Source: Lysobacterales bacterium
GTDB taxonomy: Bacteria > Pseudomonadota > Gammaproteobacteria > Xanthomonadales > SZUA-36
Assembly: GCA_963664065.1 (NCBI GenBank)
Contig: OY760942.1
Location: forward strand, 2,545,689-2,609,688
Length of the DNA: 64,000 nt
Reading direction: 5' to 3'
The notes below the pieces were generated by a model. That model searched no databases. It worked only from the letters and a program-made list of their open reading frames with translations, and was not told where the DNA came from. The translations under genes were made by a program, and so were the position numbers. Positions 18,289-28,227 of this stretch are shown in pieces; the stretch's first letter is position 1, and each line of letters opens with the position of its first letter.

Positions 18289-18470
18289 GGTAGGAGCGAG
18301 GGCTATGTTGTGGGAGCGATCTCCGATCGCGAATTCATAAATTTGCCTTGGTGCCTACAGAGGCCATTCGCGATCAAAGATCGCTCCTACAGCCAGAAGT
18401 AAGAGCAATGCATACCTTCAGCCATTCGCGATCAAAGATCGCTCCCACAGAAAATCAAATCACTCCTACA
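18289..18470. repeat. REP cluster: three full units in mixed orientation plus half-units
   Basis: TTGTGGGAGCGATCTCCGATCGCGAATTC (18308-18336), CATTCGCGATCAAAGATCGCTCCTACAG (18365-18392) and CATTCGCGATCAAAGATCGCTCCCACAG (18423-18450). The flanking half-units are GGTAGGAGCGAG and AATCACTCCTACA. Confidence 0.85.
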
Positions 18471-18581
18471 TGAATAATAAAATTTCATACAAATATGCTT
18501 GCTTTTATCTTAGTTGGTGTTATACTTAACTACAACACCTATAAAGTAACATGTAAAAACCGTACGAATTTGGACAATGCA

Positions 18582-18815
18582 ATGATCAGATTGACACCAC
18601 AAAGCAGATTTCACGTATCAAACCGGGCAGCGTTCCTTGCTGCACTGGTTTTGGTTTTTTCGTCATTCACCGGGTTCTCAAGTAACCAGGACTTTGACCA
18701 GCAATATCTGGACAACCCCGAAGCCGTGGTTGCACAGTCCGGTGAAAACGCAGATGAGAGTGTTTCCAAGAGTCGAAAGAAGAACATCAGCTTGCTGCTG
18801 TTTGGCCGCGGCTGA
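18582..18815 (+). CDS. Small hypothetical membrane or exported protein upstream of the GntR-ABC operon
   Basis: MIRLTPQSRFHVSNRAAFLAALVLVFSSF has one hydrophobic segment. The start choice is uncertain (the ORF track starts at 18495). Confidence 0.3.
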   Translation: MIRLTPQSRFHVSNRAAFLAALVLVFSSFTGFSSNQDFDQQYLDNPEAVVAQSGENADESVSKSRKKNISLLLFGRG

Positions 18816-18820
18816 TCCCC

Positions 18821-19195
18821 GTGACTACCCACTGGAACGACAGCCAGCCCATCTACTGGCAGCTGAAAGAGCGCACGATCGCCATGATCCTTGACCGGAC
18901 CCTGGAAGAGGGCGACCCGCTGCCGTCGGTCAGAACCGTGGCTTCTGAGTTTCAGTTGAATCCCATTACTGTCTCCAAGTCATACCAGGCGCTGGTAGAC
19001 GAAGGATTGGTGGAAAAACGGCGCGGCCTCGGCATGTTCGTATTAGAGGGCGCGCGTAGACAGCTGGTCGACAGCGAGCGGGACAAGTTCGTCAATGAAG
19101 AATGGCCTGCCATGCTCAAGCGCATTAAGCAACTCGGCCTGGATATTGAAGAACTGCCGCGTAGCGTGAAAGACAAACAAGAGGATGATTCCTGA
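18821..19195 (+). CDS. GntR-family transcriptional regulator (YtrA subfamily)
   Basis: 124 aa with a GTG start. PIYWQLKERTIAMILDRTLEEGDPLPSVRTVASEFQLNPITVSKSYQALVDEGLVEKRRGLGMFV. Confidence 0.88.
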   Translation: MTTHWNDSQPIYWQLKERTIAMILDRTLEEGDPLPSVRTVASEFQLNPITVSKSYQALVDEGLVEKRRGLGMFVLEGARRQLVDSERDKFVNEEWPAMLKRIKQLGLDIEELPRSVKDKQEDDS

Positions 19196-20052
19196 TGACC
19201 AACGTTATTGAAGCGCGTGGCCTGACCAAGCGCTATGGCCGGTTTACAGCGGTAGATGCCATTGACCTGGAAGTGCCGGCCGGACGTATTGTGGGGCTTA
19301 TTGGACCAAACGGCGCAGGCAAAACTTCGGCGCTCAAAGCCATTCTGGGGCTGACTAATTTTGAAGGCAGCCTCAAGGTGCTGGGTAAAGATCCTTCCAG
19401 GGATCGTGCGTCATTAATGGAGGATGTCTGCTTTATTGCCGATGTCGCCGTTTTGCCGCGCTGGGCCAGAGTATGGCAACTGATCGAGTTCACTGAAAAA
19501 ATTCATTCGAAATTTTCGCGTGAGAAATGCGAGAAATACCTGACCAGCACCAAGATCACCATGCAACACAAGGTCAAGCAGCTATCCAAGGGCATGGTTG
19601 CCCAGTTGCATCTGGCCATCGTGATGGCAATTGATGTGAAACTTCTGATTCTGGACGAACCTACCCTGGGTCTCGATATCCTTTATCGCAAGCAGTTCTA
19701 CACCAACCTGCTGAATGACTACTTTGATGAGGATCGCAGCATCCTGATCACGACTCACCAGGTCGAGGAAGTGGAACACATCCTCAGTGACCTGATATTC
19801 ATCCAGGATGGAAAAATTGCACTGGATTGCACCATGGAAGTAGTGCAGGAACGTTACGTGGAACTGGTGACTTCACCGGACCAGGTTGATGCAGCCAGGG
19901 CGATGAATCCGCTGTTCGAGCGCGTGTTATTTGGTCGCCATATTTTCCTCTACAAGAACGTCAACCGGGCCGGGCTGAAAGAACTGGGTGAATTGCACAC
20001 CCCGAGTGTCGCCGACCTGTTCGTGGCGACCATGACCGGGAGTGAGTCATGA
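19195..20052 (+). CDS. ABC transporter ATP-binding protein
   Basis: Walker A GPNGAGKTS, signature LSKGM and Walker B LLILDEPT. Its start overlaps the GntR stop (ATGA). Confidence 0.92.
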   Translation: MTNVIEARGLTKRYGRFTAVDAIDLEVPAGRIVGLIGPNGAGKTSALKAILGLTNFEGSLKVLGKDPSRDRASLMEDVCFIADVAVLPRWARVWQLIEFTEKIHSKFSREKCEKYLTSTKITMQHKVKQLSKGMVAQLHLAIVMAIDVKLLILDEPTLGLDILYRKQFYTNLLNDYFDEDRSILITTHQVEEVEHILSDLIFIQDGKIALDCTMEVVQERYVELVTSPDQVDAARAMNPLFERVLFGRHIFLYKNVNRAGLKELGELHTPSVADLFVATMTGSES

Positions 20053-20996
20053 ACCGCTTAATGACCCTGATCAAGCGCGAGTACTGGGAAAACAAAGGCG
20101 CTTTCCACACCACTCCGCTGGTGATCGGCGGAATTTACATCATCGGCATGTTGATGGCGATCTGGACCACGGTGCATTTCGACAACGAACTGTATACCTT
20201 CAAGGAAGCGGTGCGCCTGGCGGCAAGCCAATCAGATGAACTTCGTTCAGCCATAGCGTACAGCGGCATCCTGGTAAGTTCTGAATTGTTCACCACCGTG
20301 CTTGCTTTCGTTGTATTTTTCTACCTGCTTGGCTCTTTATACGATGACCGAAAAGACCGCAGCATATTGTTCTGGAAGTCATTACCCGCTTCAGACACAC
20401 TGACACTGGCATCCAAATTACTTGCTGCCATGTTCCTGGTGCCGATCATATTCTGGGTGATCTTTGTTTTGACCCAGGTCGCCATGGCCCTGATTGGTTC
20501 GATCATGGTGCTGTCGGTGGGTGAAAATCCGTGGACCCTGTTCCTCAGCGTGACCAACCCGTTTAAGCCCTGGGGATTTGTCCTGCTCACCTATCTGGCA
20601 CAGGCAATCTGGGCACTGCCGGTGTATGCCTGGCTGATGTTCGTATCTTCTTTTGCACCCCGCGTACCGCTATTGTTTGCGATATTACCGCCGGTGGTAT
20701 TTGCGGTCCTGCAAATCTGGCTGAAGTTCCTGCAGACTTTTACCTTCAAGGACAACCTGTTTGGCGTGATCGGAGAGTGGTTCTCAAACAGCCCGCTAAT
20801 TATGTCGGTAGATGAAAACCGGGGCGAAATCGCAGCCGGGCTTGGCATTCCGATTAGCGACACCTTTGATCACGCGGTAACTGTAGCCAATATATTCGAC
20901 CGCCTTTTCTCACAGCAGATGGCCATTGGCCTGGTGGTCGCGGCGGTATTACTGGCCGGCTCCTTATGGATGCGTCACCGGGCAACTGACAGCTAA
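20049..20996 (+). CDS. ABC-2-type transporter permease-like membrane protein
   Basis: 315 aa with multiple hydrophobic segments, translationally coupled to the ATPase by a 4-nt overlap. Confidence 0.7.
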   Translation: MNRLMTLIKREYWENKGAFHTTPLVIGGIYIIGMLMAIWTTVHFDNELYTFKEAVRLAASQSDELRSAIAYSGILVSSELFTTVLAFVVFFYLLGSLYDDRKDRSILFWKSLPASDTLTLASKLLAAMFLVPIIFWVIFVLTQVAMALIGSIMVLSVGENPWTLFLSVTNPFKPWGFVLLTYLAQAIWALPVYAWLMFVSSFAPRVPLLFAILPPVVFAVLQIWLKFLQTFTFKDNLFGVIGEWFSNSPLIMSVDENRGEIAAGLGIPISDTFDHAVTVANIFDRLFSQQMAIGLVVAAVLLAGSLWMRHRATDS

Positions 20997-21028
20997 TAAT
21001 TTCAGGTTGGCGCTGTGCTACCTACGCT

Positions 21029-21132
21029 TGTAGGAGCGATCATTGATCGCGAATGTTTTCAGGATAGCTCGGTGCCAGATTTTAGAATTCGCGATCAAAG
21101 ATCGCTCCCACTACAAATAAAATTGCTCCTAC
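21029..21132. repeat. Inverted REP pair plus a half-unit
   Basis: TGTAGGAGCGATCATTGATCGCGAAT (21029-21054) faces ATTCGCGATCAAAGATCGCTCCCAC (21087-21111). They are followed by AAATTGCTCCTAC, which overlaps the fumC stop. Confidence 0.85.
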
Positions 21133-22541
21133 TCTTTGATACCACCTTTGGTCAGATCCAACGGATCAAGCAGGCGATCCAGTTCCTGGTCCGAAAGACC
21201 GGTGGTGTCGCGGGCAACATCCTTGATCGGCCGGCCTTCCTTGTAGGCCTGCTTGGCAGTTGCTGCACCCTTGTCGTAGCCGATCACAGAATTTAGCGCA
21301 GTCACCAGGATCGGGTTGCGTGCCAGCGCTTCATTGATACGGTCCGTGTTGACCTTGAATCCGGCAATCGCGGAATCCGCCAGCAGACGGCTGGCATTAC
21401 TCATCAATTCGAGGCTTTGCAGAAGGTTATAGACGATCATCGGCAGCATGACATTGAGCTGGAAGTTTCCGGACATCCCGCCCATCGTTATGGCAGCATC
21501 GTTACCGATCACTTGCGCACTCACCATGCACACGGCCTCCGGTATCACCGGGTTGACCTTGCCGGGCATGATGGATGAACCGGGCTGCAGGGCCGGCAAC
21601 TCGATTTCGGCAAAACCCGCGAGCGGGCCGGAATTCATCAGGCGCAGATCGTTGGCTATTTTCATCAGGCTGCAGGCCAGCGTTTTCAGCTGCCCGGAAA
21701 GCTCGACCGCGGCATCCTGGGAACCAATGCCTTCAAAGTAGTCGTCGGCAGATCTGAATTTGAAACCGGTGGCCTCTTGCAATGCCGCACACACGCCGGG
21801 ACCGAAATCCTCGTGCGCATTAATGCCGGTTCCAACCGCCGTGCCGCCCTGTGGCAGTTGCCGCAGTCGCTTCAGGGCTCTCTTGATGCGCCTGATATTC
21901 GAAGATACCTGCGAGGACCAGGAACCCAGCTCCTGGCCGAAGGTAACCGGCATGGCGTCCATCAGGTGGGTACGGCCGGTTTTAACCGTTTCACTCAAGG
22001 TCTCGGCTTTTTGATCCAGCACATCGCGAAGATGCTTCAACGCGGGTAACAGCTCTCCGGCTGCCACCAGGCAGGCGCTGACCTGAATAGATGTGGGGAT
22101 GACATCGTTGCTGCTTTGGCACATGTTGACGTGATCATTAGGGTGTATCTGCACCCCGCCCTCGTTGTTCACCAGGTGGGCGATCACCTCGTTGGCATTC
22201 ATGTTGGAACTGGTACCTGAACCGGTCTGGAAAACGTCGATCGGGAAGTGCTCATCCACCTCACCGGCTGCAACCTTCCCGGCTGCAGCGATGATGGCTT
22301 CTGCCTTGTCATTGTCCAGCAGGCCGAGATCGCGATTGACAGCTGCTGCTGCGCCCTTGATCAGGCCCAACGCGCGTATGAAAGCACGCGGCATTACCAG
22401 GCCACTGATGGGGAAATTATTAACTGCCCGCTGGGTTTGCGCACCCCATAGCGCGTTGGCGGGCACTTGTAATTCGCCCATGCTGTCGCGCTCCGTGCGG
22501 GTTTCGGAATCACCGGTGGCTTGCTTGGATTCAGTGCTCAT
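21129..22541 (-). CDS. fumC: Class II fumarate hydratase
   Basis: 470 aa with RTERDSMGELQVPANALWGAQTQRAVNNFPISG, FPIDVFQTGSGTSSNMNANEV and GSSIMPGKVNP. Confidence 0.9.
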   Translation of the reverse strand: MSTESKQATGDSETRTERDSMGELQVPANALWGAQTQRAVNNFPISGLVMPRAFIRALGLIKGAAAAVNRDLGLLDNDKAEAIIAAAGKVAAGEVDEHFPIDVFQTGSGTSSNMNANEVIAHLVNNEGGVQIHPNDHVNMCQSSNDVIPTSIQVSACLVAAGELLPALKHLRDVLDQKAETLSETVKTGRTHLMDAMPVTFGQELGSWSSQVSSNIRRIKRALKRLRQLPQGGTAVGTGINAHEDFGPGVCAALQEATGFKFRSADDYFEGIGSQDAAVELSGQLKTLACSLMKIANDLRLMNSGPLAGFAEIELPALQPGSSIMPGKVNPVIPEAVCMVSAQVIGNDAAITMGGMSGNFQLNVMLPMIVYNLLQSLELMSNASRLLADSAIAGFKVNTDRINEALARNPILVTALNSVIGYDKGAATAKQAYKEGRPIKDVARDTTGLSDQELDRLLDPLDLTKGGIKE

Positions 22542-22619
22542 ATTTGGTTCCAGTAAAAGCCGGTTTTCAGATGCTTGATTATACTCTCATGAAGATATAC
22601 AGATATGTGAAAACATGAT

Positions 22620-22761
22620 TGTAGGAGCGAAAACAAAGTGGCATCGCTATGCGATTTCATAGGTGCGTATTTAGCGACACGCAACGCGCTCGCGAATAAA
22701 CGCGTGGACATGAACGTCCACCCTACGATACTTGTAGGAGCGATGACCACATCGCGAATTC
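22620..22761. repeat. REP-derived cluster
   Basis: TGTAGGAGCGAAAACAAAGTGGCATCGCTATGCGATTT...GCGCTCGCGAATAA...CTTGTAGGAGCGATGACCACATCGCGAATTC (22731-22761). Confidence 0.7.
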
Positions 22762-22880
22762 TTTGGGATTGCACCGAACCAGAATTTGAATTTCGAGATC
22801 CCGTCATCGCTTTCCTGCGTATCATTTACAATAATGCGTTCCCGGCAGTAGCCAGGGAATCAGCTCCGCGGAAAAGCCGA

Positions 22881-23558
22881 ATGTCATCAACTGAAATCTA
22901 TTACTCGAGCGAGCGGCGTGAACTGGTTGCCCAGGTCGACCTGGACGCGCCAAGCGTGCTGGAGATCGGCTGCGGCTACGGCAATACTTTAGCTGCCATC
23001 AAGAGGGACCGGCGTGCAAAGGAAGTATGGGGTGTGGAAGTGGTTCGCGAGGTGGCGCAAAAAGCCATGGATAACCCGGCTCTTGACCGGGTCTTGTGCG
23101 GTGACATTGCGGTGGTGGTTGATGAGTTACCCGAAGGCGGGTTCAGCCATATTATCGCCGGCGATGTGCTGGAACACCTGGTTGACCCATGGACCAGCCT
23201 TGAACGATTGCACTCCTGTCTGAAACCAGGGGGCAAGTTCATTTGCAGTATTCCCAATATTCGCACCCTGTCTTTCCTTGCCAAGTTGCTTTTTACCAGG
23301 CGGTTTGAATACAAGGATTCGGGCGTGCTTGATCGCACACATTTGCGGTTTTTCGCACGCAGGGACATTGAGTTAATGTTTCAGGGCGCAGGCTTCATCG
23401 ATATAGAAATCACCGCCCTGGTGCCTGGCAGAAATGCCATCAAGCGATTCGGGCGTTTCTTGTTCGGAGACCTGGTGCTGAAAAGATTCCTGATTACAGC
23501 ACGCAAAAACCCGCAAGGCGAAACACTCAGCGTGCGTACAAGCGAGACAATCGGGTGA
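22881..23558 (+). CDS. Class I SAM-dependent methyltransferase
   Basis: The start is set at the ATG at 22881 (MSSTEIYY...). It has SAM motif I VLEIGCGYGNT. The upstream 81 codons of the ORF-track call are REP sequence. Confidence 0.8.
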   Translation: MSSTEIYYSSERRELVAQVDLDAPSVLEIGCGYGNTLAAIKRDRRAKEVWGVEVVREVAQKAMDNPALDRVLCGDIAVVVDELPEGGFSHIIAGDVLEHLVDPWTSLERLHSCLKPGGKFICSIPNIRTLSFLAKLLFTRRFEYKDSGVLDRTHLRFFARRDIELMFQGAGFIDIEITALVPGRNAIKRFGRFLFGDLVLKRFLITARKNPQGETLSVRTSETIG

Positions 23559-23598
23559 GCAGGAAACCGCGGCTCTTGATATCATGGCCTGCGGCTGA

Positions 23599-25014
<1,416 letters not shown>

Positions 25015-25016
25015 AG

Positions 25017-25100
25017 AATGGGGTCAGAGAACCATTTTCTGACACACAGGCTTCGAAAATATTAAATGGCGACTAAAGAAAATGGTTCTCTGACCCCATT
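25017..25100. repeat. GGGGTCAGAG-family hairpin element (perfect 22-nt arms, 40-nt loop)
   Basis: AATGGGGTCAGAGAACCATTTT (25017-25038) pairs with AAAATGGTTCTCTGACCCCATT (25079-25100). The loop contains the ATG of the next gene (25066). Confidence 0.85.
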
Positions 25101-26250
25101 CCCCTCTTTAGGCGATTTATCGCCGCAGCAATTTCTCCGCGACTACTGGCAGAAAAAACCCTGCCTGATCCGCGATGCCCTGCCCGGCTTTGAGCCCCCA
25201 CTTGATGGTGACGATCTTGCCGGCCTTGCCTGCGAGGAGATGGCCGAATCCCGACTGGTCACAGGCAACCACCTGGATCAAAACTGGCAATTGCATCACG
25301 GCCCGTTTGACGAGGAAATGTTCGGCGAATTGCCCGAGACAAACTGGACGCTGCTGGTTCAGGATGTTGAAAAACACTATCCGCCTCTGCAGGATCTATT
25401 GAAACGATTCGAATTCCTGCCGTCCTGGCGATTCGACGACCTGATGCTTAGTTACGCGGTTACCGGTGGTTCGGTAGGCCCCCACGTTGATCAATACGAT
25501 GTGTTTCTTTACCAGGCGCAAGGCAGCCGGCTTTGGCAGATCGCTGAGCAGTTCGACCCGGCGTTGCTGGAAGACTGCGCTTTGAATGTGCTCAAGGAGT
25601 TTGAACCCGGGAAGGAATGGATATTGAAACCCGGTGATATGCTTTACCTGCCTCCCAATATTGCCCACCATGGGATCGCTCTTGAAGAAGGCATGACATG
25701 TTCTATTGGTATGCGTGCACCTTCTGCTGCTGACCTGTTCCTGTCGCTGGGTGAAACCCTGGTCAGCCAGGTAGAGGGCGGCGTACGTTACTCCGACCCG
25801 GACCTGCAGGCATCCGAAAGACCAGGCGAGATTGACAGCCTGGCCATCGAACGAATACAAAACCTTTTGTCCGATTCGTTACAGGATCCGGCAGCGTTCA
25901 GAGAATTCCTGGGCGCCTTCATCACGCGTTTCAGGCTGGCCCACGAACCGGTCTCTCACGACCCTGGTTTGGATGCTGCCGAACTATTCGAAAAATTACA
26001 GACGGGCTCCCGGCTTTCACGAAACCCCTGGACCCGGCTGGCCTGGATCGAAACGTCCGATGGAACGCTTCTTTTTGCAGCCGGTTCCGCCCTGTCGTGT
26101 TCAATATCCATTGCACAGGAAATATGTGCCAACACTGAGCCTGAACTGTTTTCCAGTGCCCTGGACAAACGTGATTTGTCTGCTGTTGTGGCACTGGTCA
26201 ACGGCGGCCACCTGGTGTTGTACTCAGAAAAAGATTCACAGCTAGTGTAG
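25066..26250 (+). CDS. roxA: Cupin/JmjC-domain ribosomal oxygenase (YcfD/RoxA-like)
   Basis: 394 aa. FLRDYWQKKPCLIRDAL, GGSVGPHVDQYDVFLYQAQGSRLWQI and YLPPNIAHHG follow the YcfD pattern. Confidence 0.7.
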   Translation: MATKENGSLTPFPSLGDLSPQQFLRDYWQKKPCLIRDALPGFEPPLDGDDLAGLACEEMAESRLVTGNHLDQNWQLHHGPFDEEMFGELPETNWTLLVQDVEKHYPPLQDLLKRFEFLPSWRFDDLMLSYAVTGGSVGPHVDQYDVFLYQAQGSRLWQIAEQFDPALLEDCALNVLKEFEPGKEWILKPGDMLYLPPNIAHHGIALEEGMTCSIGMRAPSAADLFLSLGETLVSQVEGGVRYSDPDLQASERPGEIDSLAIERIQNLLSDSLQDPAAFREFLGAFITRFRLAHEPVSHDPGLDAAELFEKLQTGSRLSRNPWTRLAWIETSDGTLLFAAGSALSCSISIAQEICANTEPELFSSALDKRDLSAVVALVNGGHLVLYSEKDSQLV

Positions 26251-26311
26251 TGTCCAATATTATGTGACGTTTAAGCGACACATAATATTGGACACTACAC
26301 TAGCTGTGAAT
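26234..26311. repeat. Perfect 33-bp inverted repeat with a 12-nt loop
   Basis: ATTCACAGCTAGTGTAGTGTCCAATATTATGTG (26234-26266), loop ACGTTTAAGCGA, then CACATAATATTGGACACTACACTAGCTGTGAAT (26279-26311). The left arm encodes the last codons and the stop of the roxA-like gene. Confidence 0.9.
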
Positions 26312-26316
26312 TAAAC

Positions 26317-26349
26317 AAAAAAAGGTCCGGTCCTACCTGGACCGGACCT
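26317..26349 (-). terminator. Rho-independent-type terminator oriented for minus-strand transcription
   Basis: AGGTCCGGTCC-TACCT-GGACCGGACCT is preceded on the plus strand by A7, which is a U-tract after the hairpin on the minus strand. Confidence 0.5.
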
Positions 26350-26525
26350 GGATACGTAATGGATGCTCGTAGAATGTGGCTACACAACTCCTGTTTCCCT
26401 GCCTTAGGCTTCCTGCATATCGCTTATCGCTATCGTCCCTGTCCTTGCTCCTTGCTTTTTTCTCGCAGGTTGTTTGGGGGCAACAACCTTGACAAGGCGG
26501 GAATTCATATATATCGCGACAGCGA

Positions 26526-26563
26526 ACTCGCACCTTGCAGTTTAATTTTAGTACAAGTGTTCA
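26526..26563 (+). repeat. Left copy of the perfect 38-bp direct repeat flanking the IS3 element
   Basis: ACTCGCACCTTGCAGTTTAATTTTAGTACAAGTGTTCA, identical to 28067-28104. Confidence 0.9.
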
Positions 26564-26638
26564 TGTACGTCGTCAGAGCATATGGGACCACTTGAGCCTT
26601 TTTCTAAGAGACACTTTTCTGCCCGTACTTTCTCCAGT

Positions 26639-27616
26639 CTAGCCTGCTAACCGCAGGTTTTGTATTTTCCTTTGCGTTAACGTTCTGGCTTTGATCATTG
26701 ACCGTCGGTCCAGGATGTCGTTTCTTCTTCCGTTATACACATCAGCCGGCGTCACGTTATCCAGTGATTCGTGATACCGCTCATGGTTGTAATGAGCCAC
26801 CCACTGAGCAATGGCACTTTCCAGTTCCCACGGGAAGTAATAATTCTCCAGCTTGACCACGTTTTTCATCGAACGGTGGTAGCGTTCGATCTTGCCCTGG
26901 GTCATCGGGTGGTACGGTGCTCCCCGGGTGTGCTTCATGTCTTGATCCTGCAACCATTCCCTGAGTTCTTTTGAGATATAGCAGGGGCCGTTGTCAGACA
27001 GTAACCTGGGCTTGTGATGCACCCTGACTTCGGTGAGCCCTGTGGCTTTCAGAGCATCTTCCAGAGTATCGGTGACATCATGCGCCGCCATCGTGGTCGT
27101 CAACCGCCAGCTGATGATGTAACGGGAATAGTCATCCAGGATCGTCGACAGGAAGTACCAGCCCCAGCCCACCACCCGGAAGTAGGTAAAGTCTGTCTGC
27201 CACAGTTCATGTACACGCCGTGTCGGATGCTGGAACGCATCGGCTGCGCTCATCACTATGAACTGTGGGCTGGTAACCAGGTCATGGGCCTTGAGGATGC
27301 GATAGACACTGGACTCCGAGATAAAGTACTCATGGGTATCAGTAAGATGCCAGGCCAGTTCCCGGGGTGTCAGCTCCGGTTGTTCCAGGGCCACATCAAC
27401 AACCAGTTCCCGTACCGACTCGGGGATCTTGTTCCAGTGCTGACGTGATGCCCTGCTGTGGTTCTGCAAGCCATCAGGGCCATCGCGTTCATAAGCCTGA
27501 TACCAACGGTAGAAACTGCTGCGACTGACGTTGATCTCGACCAGAGTCCTGCGCACGGATAACTCCGAGTCTTCCACCAGGCGGATAATGGCCAGCTTTT
27601 CAGATGCGCTGTACAT
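26639..27616 (-). CDS. IS3-family transposase OrfB (integrase core)
   Basis: 325 aa with WQTDFTYFRVVGWGWYFLSTILDDYSRYII (first D), LLSDNGPCY (second D) and GKIERYHRSMK (E). The frame stays open upstream to the slippery site. Confidence 0.88.
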   Translation of the reverse strand: MYSASEKLAIIRLVEDSELSVRRTLVEINVSRSSFYRWYQAYERDGPDGLQNHSRASRQHWNKIPESVRELVVDVALEQPELTPRELAWHLTDTHEYFISESSVYRILKAHDLVTSPQFIVMSAADAFQHPTRRVHELWQTDFTYFRVVGWGWYFLSTILDDYSRYIISWRLTTTMAAHDVTDTLEDALKATGLTEVRVHHKPRLLSDNGPCYISKELREWLQDQDMKHTRGAPYHPMTQGKIERYHRSMKNVVKLENYYFPWELESAIAQWVAHYNHERYHESLDNVTPADVYNGRRNDILDRRSMIKARTLTQRKIQNLRLAG

Positions 27617-27639
27617 CAGTCTTCGTCCAATGTCACACC

Positions 27640-27978
27640 CTACCCAGTGAGACTTTTTTTAAGCCAGTCATTGCGCAGGTACAGTTCGGCAACCGCTTGC
27701 TTGAGGGTGGTATTTTCTTTTCTGAGACCAACCACTTCATCGCTGTTGGCTTCTCTGACGGTATCTCCTGACAGGCGCTTTTTACCGGCCTCCAGAAAAT
27801 CCTTGCTCCAGCGGTAATACAGATTGTTGTTAATACCTTCCTGGCGACACAGTTCAGCGATCGAGCTTTCACCGCGCAATCCATCCAGTACGATACGGAT
27901 CTTTTCCTCTGACGAGAACTTGCGACGGGTATTGCGGCGGATCTCCTTGACCCGTTTGGTGGTGTTTGACATGCTCAT
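27640..27978 (-). CDS. IS3-family transposase OrfA (HTH)
   Basis: 112 aa, RKFSSEEKIRIVLDGLRGESSIAELCRQEGINNNLYYRWSKDFLEAGKKRL. Confidence 0.88.
   Translation of the reverse strand: MSMSNTTKRVKEIRRNTRRKFSSEEKIRIVLDGLRGESSIAELCRQEGINNNLYYRWSKDFLEAGKKRLSGDTVREANSDEVVGLRKENTTLKQAVAELYLRNDWLKKSLTG
27654..27660 (-). promoter_or_regulatory. A7 slippery run for the -1 frameshift joining OrfA to OrfB
   Basis: The orfA frame reads CTT AAA AAA AGT. The -1 frame reads AAG TCT CAC TGG GTA GGG TGT GAC ATT GGA CGA AGA CTG ATG TAC... straight into OrfB. Confidence 0.6.
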
Positions 27979-28066
27979 ATTGAGACTCCTCTGCTTCAGG
28001 TTAAAAATAGCAGAAGTGTCTCTTAGTTAAAGCAGTTGATTGGCCCCATATGGGCTGACGTCACAC

Positions 28067-28104
28067 ACTCGCACCTTGCAGTTTAATTTTAGTACAAGTG
28101 TTCA
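28067..28104 (+). repeat. Right copy of the perfect 38-bp direct repeat flanking the IS3 element
   Basis: Identical to 26526-26563. Its 3' end forms the left half of the palindrome TGTTCAAT-N12-ATTGAACA (28099-28126). Confidence 0.9.
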
Positions 28105-28227
28105 ATTTATTCAATATCATTGAACAAGTCATTTGTGACGATTTGAAATAACATTTTGAAAAACAACGCTTATAATGCGAGTGACTTTCGTATCATTCAC
28201 CCGGTCACGCCGCAGAGACCCTGTAAC

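Larger units (their letters stand above)
26564..28066 (-). mobile_element. IS3-family insertion sequence (about 1.5 kb)
   Basis: The ends are TGTACGTCGTCAGAGCATATGGGACCA... and ...TGGCCCCATATGGGCTGACGTCACAC (imperfect inverted repeats, TG...CA type). Inside are orfA and orfB with an A7 slippery run. Confidence 0.85.

Noticed and set aside
18289-18470. A repeat-spacer-like array that could be mistaken for a small CRISPR.
   Set aside because: The units are the palindromic REP family seen throughout the window. They occur in mixed orientation with irregular spacing and half-units, and no cas genes are nearby.
22638-22880. N-terminal extensions of ORF-track calls: the methyltransferase here, plus 44790-44957, 55797-55952 and 59674-59742.
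   Set aside because: The extensions consist of REP sequence or overlap the preceding or divergent gene. Internal ATGs with good Shine-Dalgarno sequences give N-termini that match the protein families.
26333-26533. A 66-aa Cys-rich ORF, and an alternative 34-aa basic ORF, between the terminator hairpin and the IS. Either could be the TetR-regulated divergent gene.
   Set aside because: There is no recognisable family, no convincing ribosome-binding site, and the two frames are mutually exclusive. I kept it only as context for the IS finding.
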